NCBI GenBank assembly: GCA_030616775.1
Contig: JAUWWQ010000006.1
Location: 76,965-108,964 of the forward strand
Source: Planctomycetota bacterium
GTDB taxonomy: Bacteria > Planctomycetota > Phycisphaerae > UBA1845
Length of the DNA stretch: 32,000 nucleotides
Direction: 5' to 3'
Below, piece by piece: positions 17,990 through 26,437 of the stretch. Both the position numbers and the translations under genes were made by a program. The notes under the pieces are model-generated. The model made no database searches and was not told where the DNA came from. It saw only the letters and a list, made by a program, of their open reading frames with translations. Each line of letters begins with the position of its first letter. The stretch's first letter is position 1.

Positions 17990-18062
17990 CTGTCGTCGCT
18001 GTAGGTGCCGGGTACCAGAGGATAATTCACTCCGTTTATCAGGTGTTCGGTGGCATGCCCAA

Positions 18063-18079
18063 GCCCGTCGAAGACGGGC
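18063..18079. repeat. GC-rich hairpin GCCCGTC-GAA-GACGGGC
   Basis: Perfect 7-bp stem with 3-nt loop, read directly, in the same intergenic region as copy B. No T-run follows. Confidence 0.6.
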
Positions 18080-18106
18080 GCCGGCATGTTGTACGCTGCC
18101 TTTGCT

Positions 18107-18168
18107 GAACCGAGAATCCCTTCTCGGTCCACTTGGCAATGGACGGTGCGAGAAAGGATTCTCGCACC
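18107..18168 (-). repeat. Double-hairpin element, copy B
   Basis: ACCGAGAA-TCCC-TTCTCGGT (18109-18128) and GGTGCGAGAA-AGGA-TTCTCGCACC (18145-18168, perfect 10-bp stem). Lies 39 nt downstream of the stop codon at 18208 (minus strand). Confidence 0.93.
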
Positions 18169-18207
18169 AGCGACCATCCCTTTCGTATTTACTCTGACTG
18201 CGCTGGG

Positions 18208-20613
18208 CTACCCGGGGGCAACGATCTCGATGGTATCCGAAGCCTCCGCCAGCAAGCCGGCAGTCCCGAAGATCTGCACGGTAATTTGTATGGTCACCCC
18301 CACACCGGAATTGGCCGTCATGACACCGGTATCCTGGTTGACCGTCACCTCAACGCCCTCCGGTAGTTGACCGTTATCTTCAGCGGCCGGGAAGAACAAC
18401 ACTTCCCGATCGGCGGGCGCCCCAGTAATCGTCAGAATCGGTTGCCCCGTCTCAAGATTGTCGTCGTCGTCCAAATCCAGCGCCCCAGCCTCACCCACGG
18501 TAATTGTGCTCGGCAGGTTGAACACCACGTCAGCGACCTGAACCGGCACCGTGACGGACCCGGTGAGTGTGCCAAGCGAACAGCCCCCAGTGATTGTCAC
18601 AGTGAACTCCAGATCGGTGGTCTCAGTCACGTTGGGCGCCGTGAAGGTGACGCCACCAAGCCCTTCGGGGGTCAGTGGTGTGACCGCTGGGAGGTTACCT
18701 TCATTCTGCTCCCATTCGGCCGGGTCGAGCCAGTCGGTTGGCACCGCGTCACCAAGGCTGAGCGTCACGGTGTCTCCAGGACCGGCCGCACCGCTGCTTT
18801 TCGTCGCTACTTGCTCGGCCTCCGTGAAGTCACGAAGTATGAAACCAACGGTGCGCACTCCATTTGAGTACCCGGTCGCCGAAGCGGTGGCTGTGAACGA
18901 GAAGATCTGATCGCCCTGGTCCGGCTCGATCGGTGACGTGAAGGTGGCAACATTCGCGCTCGAAGTAAAGTTCTCGACGCGATCGGTGTCTCCGGACCAC
19001 GTGATCGAGGCACTGCTGGTGATGTCGGCACCGCTGGGGCTGGTCACAATAACGGTTAGAGTGATCTCTTCGCACGGGAACGTGAACCCACTGCCGGGCT
19101 GAATCGTGACCTCGACGGGGTCAGGCGGAGGAGGAGGGCCTCCGTTATCCTCGCAGGCGTCGCCCACGCCATCATCGTCGGTGTCAGCCTGACCGGGATT
19201 GGAGTCGTTTGGGCAGTTATCGCAGACGTCACCGTAACCATCGTCGTCGGTATCCTTCTGGTTGGCATTGGCCTTGTTGAGGCAGTTATCGCAGTCATCG
19301 CCAACATCATCCTTGTCGTTGTCATCCTGATCCGTGTTGGTGTCATCAGGGCAGTTGTCGCAGGCGTCGCCGTACTGGTCGGCATCGGAGTTTTCCTGAT
19401 CCATGCTGCAAAGGCCGTCCGCACTTCCCGAGGCAGTGTCACACTCTTCGTCCGTAAGGCACAGTCCGCTTTCACCCTCCACGCACGTGCCGCGATCGGG
19501 ACCGTTGGGCATTCCCGGGCAGTTGTCGTCATCGTCGATGACCCCATCGCTGTCCTGGTCGTCCTCGCACGCGTCACCAATTTCGTCCTGGTCAGTGTCG
19601 TGCTGATCCTGGTTGGTCAAAAAGGGGCAGTTATCGCACACATTGCCGAAGCTGTCGTCGTCTGAATTGAGCTGATTGTTCGGCCCGGCCGTCGGACCGT
19701 TGGGATCATCCGGGCAGTTGTCACAAACGTTACCGACCCCGTCTCCATCCGTCTCCAGTTGGTTATTTGGACCGGCGTCCGGCCCATTTTCGTCGTCCGG
19801 GCAGTTGTCACACACGTCGCCAACACCATCCTCGTCTCTGTCATCCTGATCCGGATTCTTGTCATCTAAGCAGTTGTCCTCCTCGTCGGGCCAGCCGTCA
19901 CCATCGCGGTCGCCCTCGCAAGCGTCACCGACACCGTTCCCGTCGCTATCCAGTTGGTCTTCATTGGGATCATTCTCACAGTTGTCACAGGCGTCGCCGA
20001 CGCCATCCTCATCGGCATCGTCCTGATCGGCGTTGGCCCTAGTGCCGCAGTTGTCGCAGGCGTCACCGACGGCGTCTCCGTCGGCATCGGTTTGGCTGCT
20101 GTTGGGGTCGTCGGTACAATTGTCGCAGACATCGCCCACACCATCGCCGTCGGCATCAGCCTGATCGGGATTGGCAACGTTGCGGCAGTTGTCAGTGACG
20201 TTTCCGACCTCGTCGCCGTCGGCGTCACCCTGACCGGGGTTGGGCTCTGTCGGGCTGTTGTCACACACATCGCCGAAAGCATCACCGTCCCGGTCGCACT
20301 GCTCGCCGACACCCTCACCGGCGTCGGTGGTGTCCCCGTCATCGTTGCAGTCGAATGGCGAGTCGTGCGCCGCATTGGAATCATCGGGGCAGTTGTCGCA
20401 AGCATCGCCCACCCCGTCATCGTCGGCATCCGCCTGATCCGGATTGGCGTCGTCCGGGCAATTGTCGACTGCGTTGATGATGCCATCGTTGTCATCATCG
20501 CCCAGGCCGGCCCCTCCACCGGGTCCAATGCGACAGCCGCCGCCGAGGTTCCCACAACCGATCATCACACACAACGCCGCCGCGGAGCAGATCCCCAGCA
20601 GACGAAACAGCAT
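18208..20613 (-). CDS. Secreted lipoprotein with about 15 thrombospondin type 3 (Ca-binding) repeats
   Basis: 'MLFRLLGICSAAALCVMIGC' lipobox-like signal, then repeated D-x-D-x-D-G-x-G-D-x-C-D-N-C units (about 15 DNC/DNS repeats), then a C-terminal Ig-like region. ORF can extend to 20664. Confidence 0.9.
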   Translation of the reverse strand: MLFRLLGICSAAALCVMIGCGNLGGGCRIGPGGGAGLGDDDNDGIINAVDNCPDDANPDQADADDDGVGDACDNCPDDSNAAHDSPFDCNDDGDTTDAGEGVGEQCDRDGDAFGDVCDNSPTEPNPGQGDADGDEVGNVTDNCRNVANPDQADADGDGVGDVCDNCTDDPNSSQTDADGDAVGDACDNCGTRANADQDDADEDGVGDACDNCENDPNEDQLDSDGNGVGDACEGDRDGDGWPDEEDNCLDDKNPDQDDRDEDGVGDVCDNCPDDENGPDAGPNNQLETDGDGVGNVCDNCPDDPNGPTAGPNNQLNSDDDSFGNVCDNCPFLTNQDQHDTDQDEIGDACEDDQDSDGVIDDDDNCPGMPNGPDRGTCVEGESGLCLTDEECDTASGSADGLCSMDQENSDADQYGDACDNCPDDTNTDQDDNDKDDVGDDCDNCLNKANANQKDTDDDGYGDVCDNCPNDSNPGQADTDDDGVGDACEDNGGPPPPPDPVEVTIQPGSGFTFPCEEITLTVIVTSPSGADITSSASITWSGDTDRVENFTSSANVATFTSPIEPDQGDQIFSFTATASATGYSNGVRTVGFILRDFTEAEQVATKSSGAAGPGDTVTLSLGDAVPTDWLDPAEWEQNEGNLPAVTPLTPEGLGGVTFTAPNVTETTDLEFTVTITGGCSLGTLTGSVTVPVQVADVVFNLPSTITVGEAGALDLDDDDNLETGQPILTITGAPADREVLFFPAAEDNGQLPEGVEVTVNQDTGVMTANSGVGVTIQITVQIFGTAGLLAEASDTIEIVAPG

Positions 20614-21358
20614 GCCACCACCACCAAATCTGTTCTCAAGACTCATGTTGCACCTCAAAACCAAGATGTTCCGCTCGGAACGTTATTCAAACCACGGAGC
20701 CCGCCCCAACCGTACGCCACAGACCTCGACCAACCGCTTACAGCAATATAGCAACCGGACTCGCCCGGAACAGGTGGAGCGCAACGTCCGATCTGGTCAC
20801 CAACAGCCGCAACCTTGCGCATACTCATCGCGCACCTGCTACACCACCACCACCGGCATGGCAGCGGACAGGACAGTGCCGCGTGCTGCGTTTATCGGCC
20901 ACCATTGACCTCGACCTACGCATGTTATTCCGCAGTTGACCCCCTTGCGCAGTGCCCCAGTATCGTAGCCGGCCAACTTCGAGAGAAGCCACAGAGCAGC
21001 ATTCTGGTTGGCCAGCCGACCTGCGGCAAGGGGACATACGACCGCAGTAGCATGGCATAGGTCAGGTCCGGCAACCCAGGAAGTACATTGTCGCTTTATC
21101 AAGTCGATCGGCCCCAGCAGTCACCCGCGTGGAGGAAGTCGCTCGGGGCTTACCGTGAGCGTTACCACTTGGCAGCACGCTGTCGCTGTCAGTATATTCT
21201 TCGATGAACGCCGGTCCGGCTTACTAGCGTGGCAACACGGTGCAACAGGACTCCGCCGACTGTTATCGTGGAGACGCACCGCCCCATCACGCGCCCAAAA
21301 GACAAGGGGACGCCGCGACGACCCTTCGTCCGGGAGATCACGGTCTTACGGGCAGCGT

Positions 21359-22036
21359 TTACTCCTCGCGCTGCTTGAGTGGAAACAGCTCGTGTAAACC
21401 TTTGTCTTTCCGCTCTTCGTAGTTGAACGACTCGAAAGTCGGGCTCTTCTCGTTGTGGCATCCGGTGCAGGCGGATTCCTCAATCTTGGTCAGGCCGACC
21501 GCATAAACTTCCTCGACCTTGTACATTCTCTTGGACTTCTTGATCTCTTCGAAGACCTTGATGTAGGCGCTACCCGGCCCATGGCAGGACTCGCATCCGA
21601 CGCCCTCTAATTTCTTGGCCTTCTTGACGGCTGCCTCATCGGCGGCGTCGGGGACGAAGTATCCGCCGGGCTGGCCGTAGCCCGTGCTGTGACACGCCAG
21701 GCATCCTTCGTCCTTGGTGTAGTCCTTGGCCGGATCGAGGCTGTGCTTCTGCTTGGCCTCGCTGGCCTGGCCCGGCTTGAGGGGTTCAAAAGTTTTGGCC
21801 TTCGCTGTCTCCTTCCAGCTCTTGTACTCTTTGTTGTGACACTTCCTGCACTTCTTGTTGCCCACATACTCGTACTTGGTCTCACCCTCACCGGATAGAG
21901 CCGGCAAGGCCGTCGCCGCCGCGGCTACGTCCGACTCATCGCCGGCAACAGCTGGTGAGACGAGATCCACCTGCCAGTACGTCAAGCCTACGCCGACCGC
22001 CACAAGCCCCATGAAGATCGTCAATCGAGTTTTCAT
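21359..22036 (-). CDS. Tetraheme c-type cytochrome (cytochrome c554-like family)
   Basis: 225-aa ORF with N-terminal signal (MKTRLTIFMGLVAVGVGLTYWQ) and four CXXCH motifs: CRKCH, CLACH, CESCH, CTGCH. Confidence 0.88.
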   Translation of the reverse strand: MKTRLTIFMGLVAVGVGLTYWQVDLVSPAVAGDESDVAAAATALPALSGEGETKYEYVGNKKCRKCHNKEYKSWKETAKAKTFEPLKPGQASEAKQKHSLDPAKDYTKDEGCLACHSTGYGQPGGYFVPDAADEAAVKKAKKLEGVGCESCHGPGSAYIKVFEEIKKSKRMYKVEEVYAVGLTKIEESACTGCHNEKSPTFESFNYEERKDKGLHELFPLKQREE

Positions 22037-22427
22037 AGCGTTATCCTTAGCAAATCAGGAAACGGAACCGACAACCCAGCGATACGCCCCGCGGGCTTTG
22101 GGCATAATACGGACTCTGGCCAATGATTGCAATTGGAATTTGGCGAGGTGAATACTCAAGCAGATACGGAACACTGCGCAACCTCCTCCGATAGTGCGTG
22201 GTGGTGCGATGAGGTGGACGGAGCCAACGTCAAGCGGAGGAGGCCCGTCGTTCTCCGCGGCGCCCGGATTCGTGAAACACCACATGGGGTCAGATCCTTG
22301 CGTGCCGAGATCGGTAAGGTAGGCTAGGGAGGTACTTGAACGGTCATGACGCCGCTCAAGTGCGGTCTACGAGACGAAACGGGCCCGGGATCCTATTCCT
22401 CTAAGAGGTGAGGCTGACCTCATTCGC

Positions 22428-23837
22428 TTGGCGATTATCCAGCAGATCATCAAGACCGTGGCTGCGACGGCGCTACTGTCGCACCTCTGCTGGGCGGCAG
22501 GGGAAGAGGTCACCTGTACGACGTGCCACACGCCCGAGGCGGATCAGCTCGCCCAGTCGGTCCATGTTGCAATTCGATGCCAGGAGTGCCACAAGGGCGA
22601 GACCTCGTATCTGCTGTCGGTTGAAGAGGCCAATAGGCACACACAAGTCCGTCCGGGCGGTGGGCCAAGGCCAGCGTTTGACCACGGTCCGGTGTTCACG
22701 GGGAAGCCGTCCCGCGCGGAAGTGCCTCAACGCTGCGGGGGGTGCCACGCGGACGTTGAACGGATGAACCCCTACGGGTTGCGTACTGATCAGCTTTCGC
22801 GGTACTGGACAAGCAATCACGGCAAGACGCTCGCGAACAAAGGGGACGACCGCGTTGCGGTGTGTGTGGATTGCCATGGAGAGCACGACGTTCTTCCCGG
22901 TCACGAACCGGGCAGCAAGACCCATACCTTGAATGTTCCGGAGACCTGCGCGAGCTGCCATAGCGATCGAGCGCTTATGGCTGAGTTCGATCTGTCGATC
23001 GAAGTGGTCGAGGAATACCGACAAAGCGTACACGGCCGGCTGCTCGAGCAGCAGGACACTGGCGCCCCGACCTGTGCCGCCTGTCACGGGAATCATTCGG
23101 CCATGCCGCCGGGGTTCGCGACGGTAGGGGCGGTGTGTGGCAAGTGTCACCAGCATGCCGCGGACAGCTTTGCAGCCAGCGCCCACGCCGGTATGGAAGA
23201 CCACAAGGGCTGCGTGCAGTGTCACGGTGGGGGAGAGGGCCGGCATTTCCATCTCATCGAAAGGATAACCAAGCCCAGCGGAGTGTTGATAGAGCGGTAC
23301 GCCCACCTGCTTGCGTCCGACCCGGTGCCCGACTCGGAGCAGGTTGCCGAAGCGATCCACCCCAACCCGAAGCAGATCATGACACGAGCTATGCCGCTAT
23401 GCATGGAGTGCCATGACGAGATCGAGGAGGACGAGAGTCTCGCCAAGTTGTTCGACTTACTCGATGCCATCGCTCAAGCCGAGGGCCGCTACGTCCAGAC
23501 GGGGCGGCGGCTGGATGAGATCGGACAGGGGGTGCTGTTGGTTGATCGTCAACGCTTCCTGTTCGAAGACGCCAAGACACACTTGATCGAGCTCGCTCCG
23601 CTGCAACACTCCTTGGACAACCAACAAGTGGCGGGGAAGGTGGCCGAGTTGAACGCGGTCTGCGACCAGGTTAGCGCGGAGCTGGATAATCTGGAGCGTG
23701 GACTGCGCTGGCGGCGTAACGCCCTGACTCCCATTTGGGTGTTTGCAACGGTGTTCGCTGTGGCTCTGTACATCAAGTTCAAGCGGCTCAAGCGTACTTA
23801 TGTGAGGCCGTTGCCGAAAGGACACGCCGGGCGTTGA
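22428..23837 (+). CDS. Nonaheme c-type cytochrome with C-terminal membrane anchor
   Basis: 469-aa ORF with signal-like N-terminus and nine CXXCH motifs: CTTCH, CQECH, CGGCH, CVDCH, CASCH, CAACH, CGKCH, CVQCH, CMECH. C-terminal TM 'PIWVFATVFAVALYI'. Probable TTG start. Confidence 0.9.
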   Translation: MAIIQQIIKTVAATALLSHLCWAAGEEVTCTTCHTPEADQLAQSVHVAIRCQECHKGETSYLLSVEEANRHTQVRPGGGPRPAFDHGPVFTGKPSRAEVPQRCGGCHADVERMNPYGLRTDQLSRYWTSNHGKTLANKGDDRVAVCVDCHGEHDVLPGHEPGSKTHTLNVPETCASCHSDRALMAEFDLSIEVVEEYRQSVHGRLLEQQDTGAPTCAACHGNHSAMPPGFATVGAVCGKCHQHAADSFAASAHAGMEDHKGCVQCHGGGEGRHFHLIERITKPSGVLIERYAHLLASDPVPDSEQVAEAIHPNPKQIMTRAMPLCMECHDEIEEDESLAKLFDLLDAIAQAEGRYVQTGRRLDEIGQGVLLVDRQRFLFEDAKTHLIELAPLQHSLDNQQVAGKVAELNAVCDQVSAELDNLERGLRWRRNALTPIWVFATVFAVALYIKFKRLKRTYVRPLPKGHAGR

Positions 23838-23839
23838 GG

Positions 23840-24277
23840 ATGATGGACATAAGCGAGCCTTCAACACGACGAGGTTTTCTCGACTGGCTTATCGCCGCAT
23901 GCTCAAGTGTCGCCGGTGCGGCGTTGGTCATACCGGGACTCGTATACCTGTGGCCCGCGGCGAAGGGCGGCGCTGCGGAGAATGTGGAAGTTGAAGGCGC
24001 CAGCGACATGTCGCCCGGGCAGGCCAGGACCATACAGATCGCTGGAAAAGCGGTGATCGTGGTGCGCAAGCGGTCGGAGTACAGGGCCTTTTTGGCAGCG
24101 TGTACCCACCTGGGCTGCCTGGTGACCTGGGATTCCTCGCGCAACGAATTCCTGTGTCCGTGTCATGCTGCCGTGTTTGACGAGAACGGTGAAGTTGTTT
24201 CCGGCCCGCCGCCATCGCCTCTGCCCCGGTACCAGATTAAAGAGGTAGGCGGCAAGGTGTACGTCTCGGCGGCATAG
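23840..24277 (+). CDS. Rieske 2Fe-2S protein with TAT signal
   Basis: 'STRRGFLDW' twin-arginine motif, then 'CTHLGC' and 'CPCHAAVFDENG'. Start 2 nt after the upstream stop. Confidence 0.93.
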   Translation: MMDISEPSTRRGFLDWLIAACSSVAGAALVIPGLVYLWPAAKGGAAENVEVEGASDMSPGQARTIQIAGKAVIVVRKRSEYRAFLAACTHLGCLVTWDSSRNEFLCPCHAAVFDENGEVVSGPPPSPLPRYQIKEVGGKVYVSAA

Positions 24278-24344
24278 CGATCGCAGCCTGGTTCCTGGTG
24301 CTATTGCTTGGCGGGTGTGACGTTGGGCTGATAGAAGTAGAGGA

Positions 24345-25529
24345 TTGCGGCAGATGGGCCTTGGCCGGCAGATAGAGAGCTTCCTCGACGATCGCTTCGA
24401 TACCGAGACTGCGCGCGGCTTCGTAGACAAGCAGGCTCACAAACGATTGCCGCCGAACACCGGCTGGTTCCACGTTTTCGGTAGCCTGTCGCTGCTGCTG
24501 TTCGTCAGCCAGACCATCACCGGGATATTGCTTCTGATCTACTATCGTCCGACGCCCGAGGCGGCCCATGAGTCCATACAGTACATCACGGCCGAAGTGT
24601 ACTTTGGCTGGCTATACCGCCAGATTCACGCCTGGGGAGGGACCCTGATGATTCTGGCGGTTGTGTTTCACATGGTCCGGACATATTTTTGGGGTGCGTA
24701 CAAGAAACCTCGCGAGCTGACCTGGGTAACCGGCGTGCTGATCTTCATCGGCACCATCACGTTCGGCTTCACCGGGTATCTGCTTCCGTGGAACCAGCTT
24801 GCTTTCTGGGCCACGACGGTGGGGACCGAATCGGCGAACAAGGTCCCGCTTATTGGCAGTTGGCTGCAGTATTTCCTTCGCGGCGGTGATGCGGTTACCG
24901 GTGAGACACTTTCGCGTTTTTTTGTAGTCCACGTGATCATTCTGCCGTGGTTGTTCACCGGGCTGGTCGTGGTGCATCTGATTCTGATGCGGCTGAATAA
25001 CCTGGCCACATTTGAGCGTGTCGGCGAAGAGAAGCCTAGTCCGCCCGAGTATGGGATTCCGTTTTTTCCGGTTCACGTGGCCAAGGAAGGTGTCGTGGTC
25101 GTGCTTCTGCTGGCGGTGTTGGTGACCTTGTCGGTGTTGGTGCCGTGGGAGATCGGCGAGCCGGCTGATCCACTGTCCACGCCGGCGCACATCAAACCGG
25201 AATGGTATTTCCTGCCCAGCTACCAGCTGCTCAAGTATTTCGAGGGGCCATACGGGGCGATCATCGGAATCTTCGCCTGTTCACTGCCGTTTTTTCTGTT
25301 GTTCCTTTGGCCGTTCCTGGATCGCGGCAAGGAACGACATCCCAAGAGGCGTCCGCTGGCTGTTGGCTTCGGTCTGCTCGGCTTGCTTGGCGCCTTGTTC
25401 CTGGGATACCTCGGACACATCTCTGAAACGGAGCAGACCTTCTTCGGGAAACGGTACTACATCGATCTCCTGGGCCGGCCGAACGAAATCGTCGACGACG
25501 CCGGGACCAGCGAATCAAAAGCACATTGA
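24345..25529 (+). CDS. Cytochrome b (bc1/b6f-type, N- and C-terminal domains fused)
   Basis: 394-aa: 'GWFHVFGSLSLLLFVSQTITGILLLIYYRP', 'YGWLYRQIHAWGG'-like 'YFGWLYRQIHAWGG', 'GFTGYLLPWNQLAFWATTVGTE', 'VVHLILMRLNN', 'PAHIKPEWYFLPSYQLLKY' (PEWY Qo motif). Start could be 24354. Confidence 0.95.
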   Translation: MRQMGLGRQIESFLDDRFDTETARGFVDKQAHKRLPPNTGWFHVFGSLSLLLFVSQTITGILLLIYYRPTPEAAHESIQYITAEVYFGWLYRQIHAWGGTLMILAVVFHMVRTYFWGAYKKPRELTWVTGVLIFIGTITFGFTGYLLPWNQLAFWATTVGTESANKVPLIGSWLQYFLRGGDAVTGETLSRFFVVHVIILPWLFTGLVVVHLILMRLNNLATFERVGEEKPSPPEYGIPFFPVHVAKEGVVVVLLLAVLVTLSVLVPWEIGEPADPLSTPAHIKPEWYFLPSYQLLKYFEGPYGAIIGIFACSLPFFLLFLWPFLDRGKERHPKRRPLAVGFGLLGLLGALFLGYLGHISETEQTFFGKRYYIDLLGRPNEIVDDAGTSESKAH

Positions 25530-25679
25530 CGCTGGGAACTACGGTTTCGATGGCAGCTCCGGCGAGTGCAGGCCGTGGGGAAGCTGGCCCTGTGCACAGC
25601 GTGTTATCGTTCGCTGCCCATCGCAGTTTTGAAAGGCGGTTTGCAGAAGCGGGCAGATGTATGCACCGATAAACGGGAC

Positions 25680-26432
25680 ATGGAAGCGCCCATTGAACTT
25701 GGCGATCTGGGTACTGCCGGCGCGGCGGCCTCATGGGAGAATCACGCCCGGCTCGCTCTACTTAATGAGCTGTATGCCTACAACCACTGGCTCTTCGATA
25801 AAGTACGCCTCTTTATCAAGGACAGCGTGTGCGAAGTCGGTTGTGGGACCGGCAACATCACCCAGTTCTTGCTGAACCATGAGCGAATCGTGGGGATCGA
25901 GCCCTTTGGCCCCTCCTTGGAGAAGGCCCGGCGGCGCTTCGCAAAGCACCTCAACGTGGAGTTTGCCAATTGCCGGCTGGACGACAGTCCAAACGAGCTT
26001 GTCCCGGCAAAGAGCTTCGACACCATTCTTTGCATGAACGTTCTTGAACACATCGAGGATGATACTGACAGCCTGCGACGCATGCGGCGGCTGTGCCGCA
26101 GAGACGGGAATGTGGTGGTTTTGGTCCCCGCCCATATGAGCGCTTTCGGGGGGCTGGACCGGGCGGCCGGACACTTCCGTCGATACAACAGACGATCGCT
26201 TGGACGCGCCTTTGAGCAGGCCGGCCTGATCGTGACCGACAACTTCTATATGAATGCACTGGGCTATTTCGGCTGGCTGTGGTACGGACGCATCCTTGGT
26301 CGTGAGCAGCTCCCGCCCTCGGGTGCGCGGCATTTTAACCGGCTCGTCCCGTTGCTGGACGCATTCGAGCGGATCATCCCACCGCCGTTCGGACAATCAC
26401 TGGTGATGGTAGGCACGCCGGAGCGTCAATGA
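25680..26432 (+). CDS. Class I SAM-dependent methyltransferase
   Basis: 'DSVCEVGCGTGNITQFLL', 'RIVGIEPFGPSLEKAR', 'FDTILCMNVLEHIEDDTDSLRRM'. The ORF can extend upstream to 25566, but the homologous part begins near 25680. Confidence 0.88.
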   Translation: MEAPIELGDLGTAGAAASWENHARLALLNELYAYNHWLFDKVRLFIKDSVCEVGCGTGNITQFLLNHERIVGIEPFGPSLEKARRRFAKHLNVEFANCRLDDSPNELVPAKSFDTILCMNVLEHIEDDTDSLRRMRRLCRRDGNVVVLVPAHMSAFGGLDRAAGHFRRYNRRSLGRAFEQAGLIVTDNFYMNALGYFGWLWYGRILGREQLPPSGARHFNRLVPLLDAFERIIPPPFGQSLVMVGTPERQ

Positions 26433-26437
26433 TCCAT

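Noticed and set aside
17990-18139. N-terminal extension of the 857-aa ORF up to 18139
   Set aside because: The extension translates the hairpin element (FSKGSVQHAG...) and the MMGQ start at 17989 gives a sensible protein.
19056-20751. Long ORFs (174, 229 and 265 aa) in other frames of the TSP3 gene
   Set aside because: Repetitive Thr/Met/Arg- or Val/Gly-rich translations are alternative frames of the Asp-codon repeats in the real TSP3 reading frame.
20713-23360. Antisense ORFs such as 22473..23360 (295 aa) over the nonaheme gene
   Set aside because: The nonaheme reading frame has nine CXXCH motifs and a signal peptide; the antisense frame has none.
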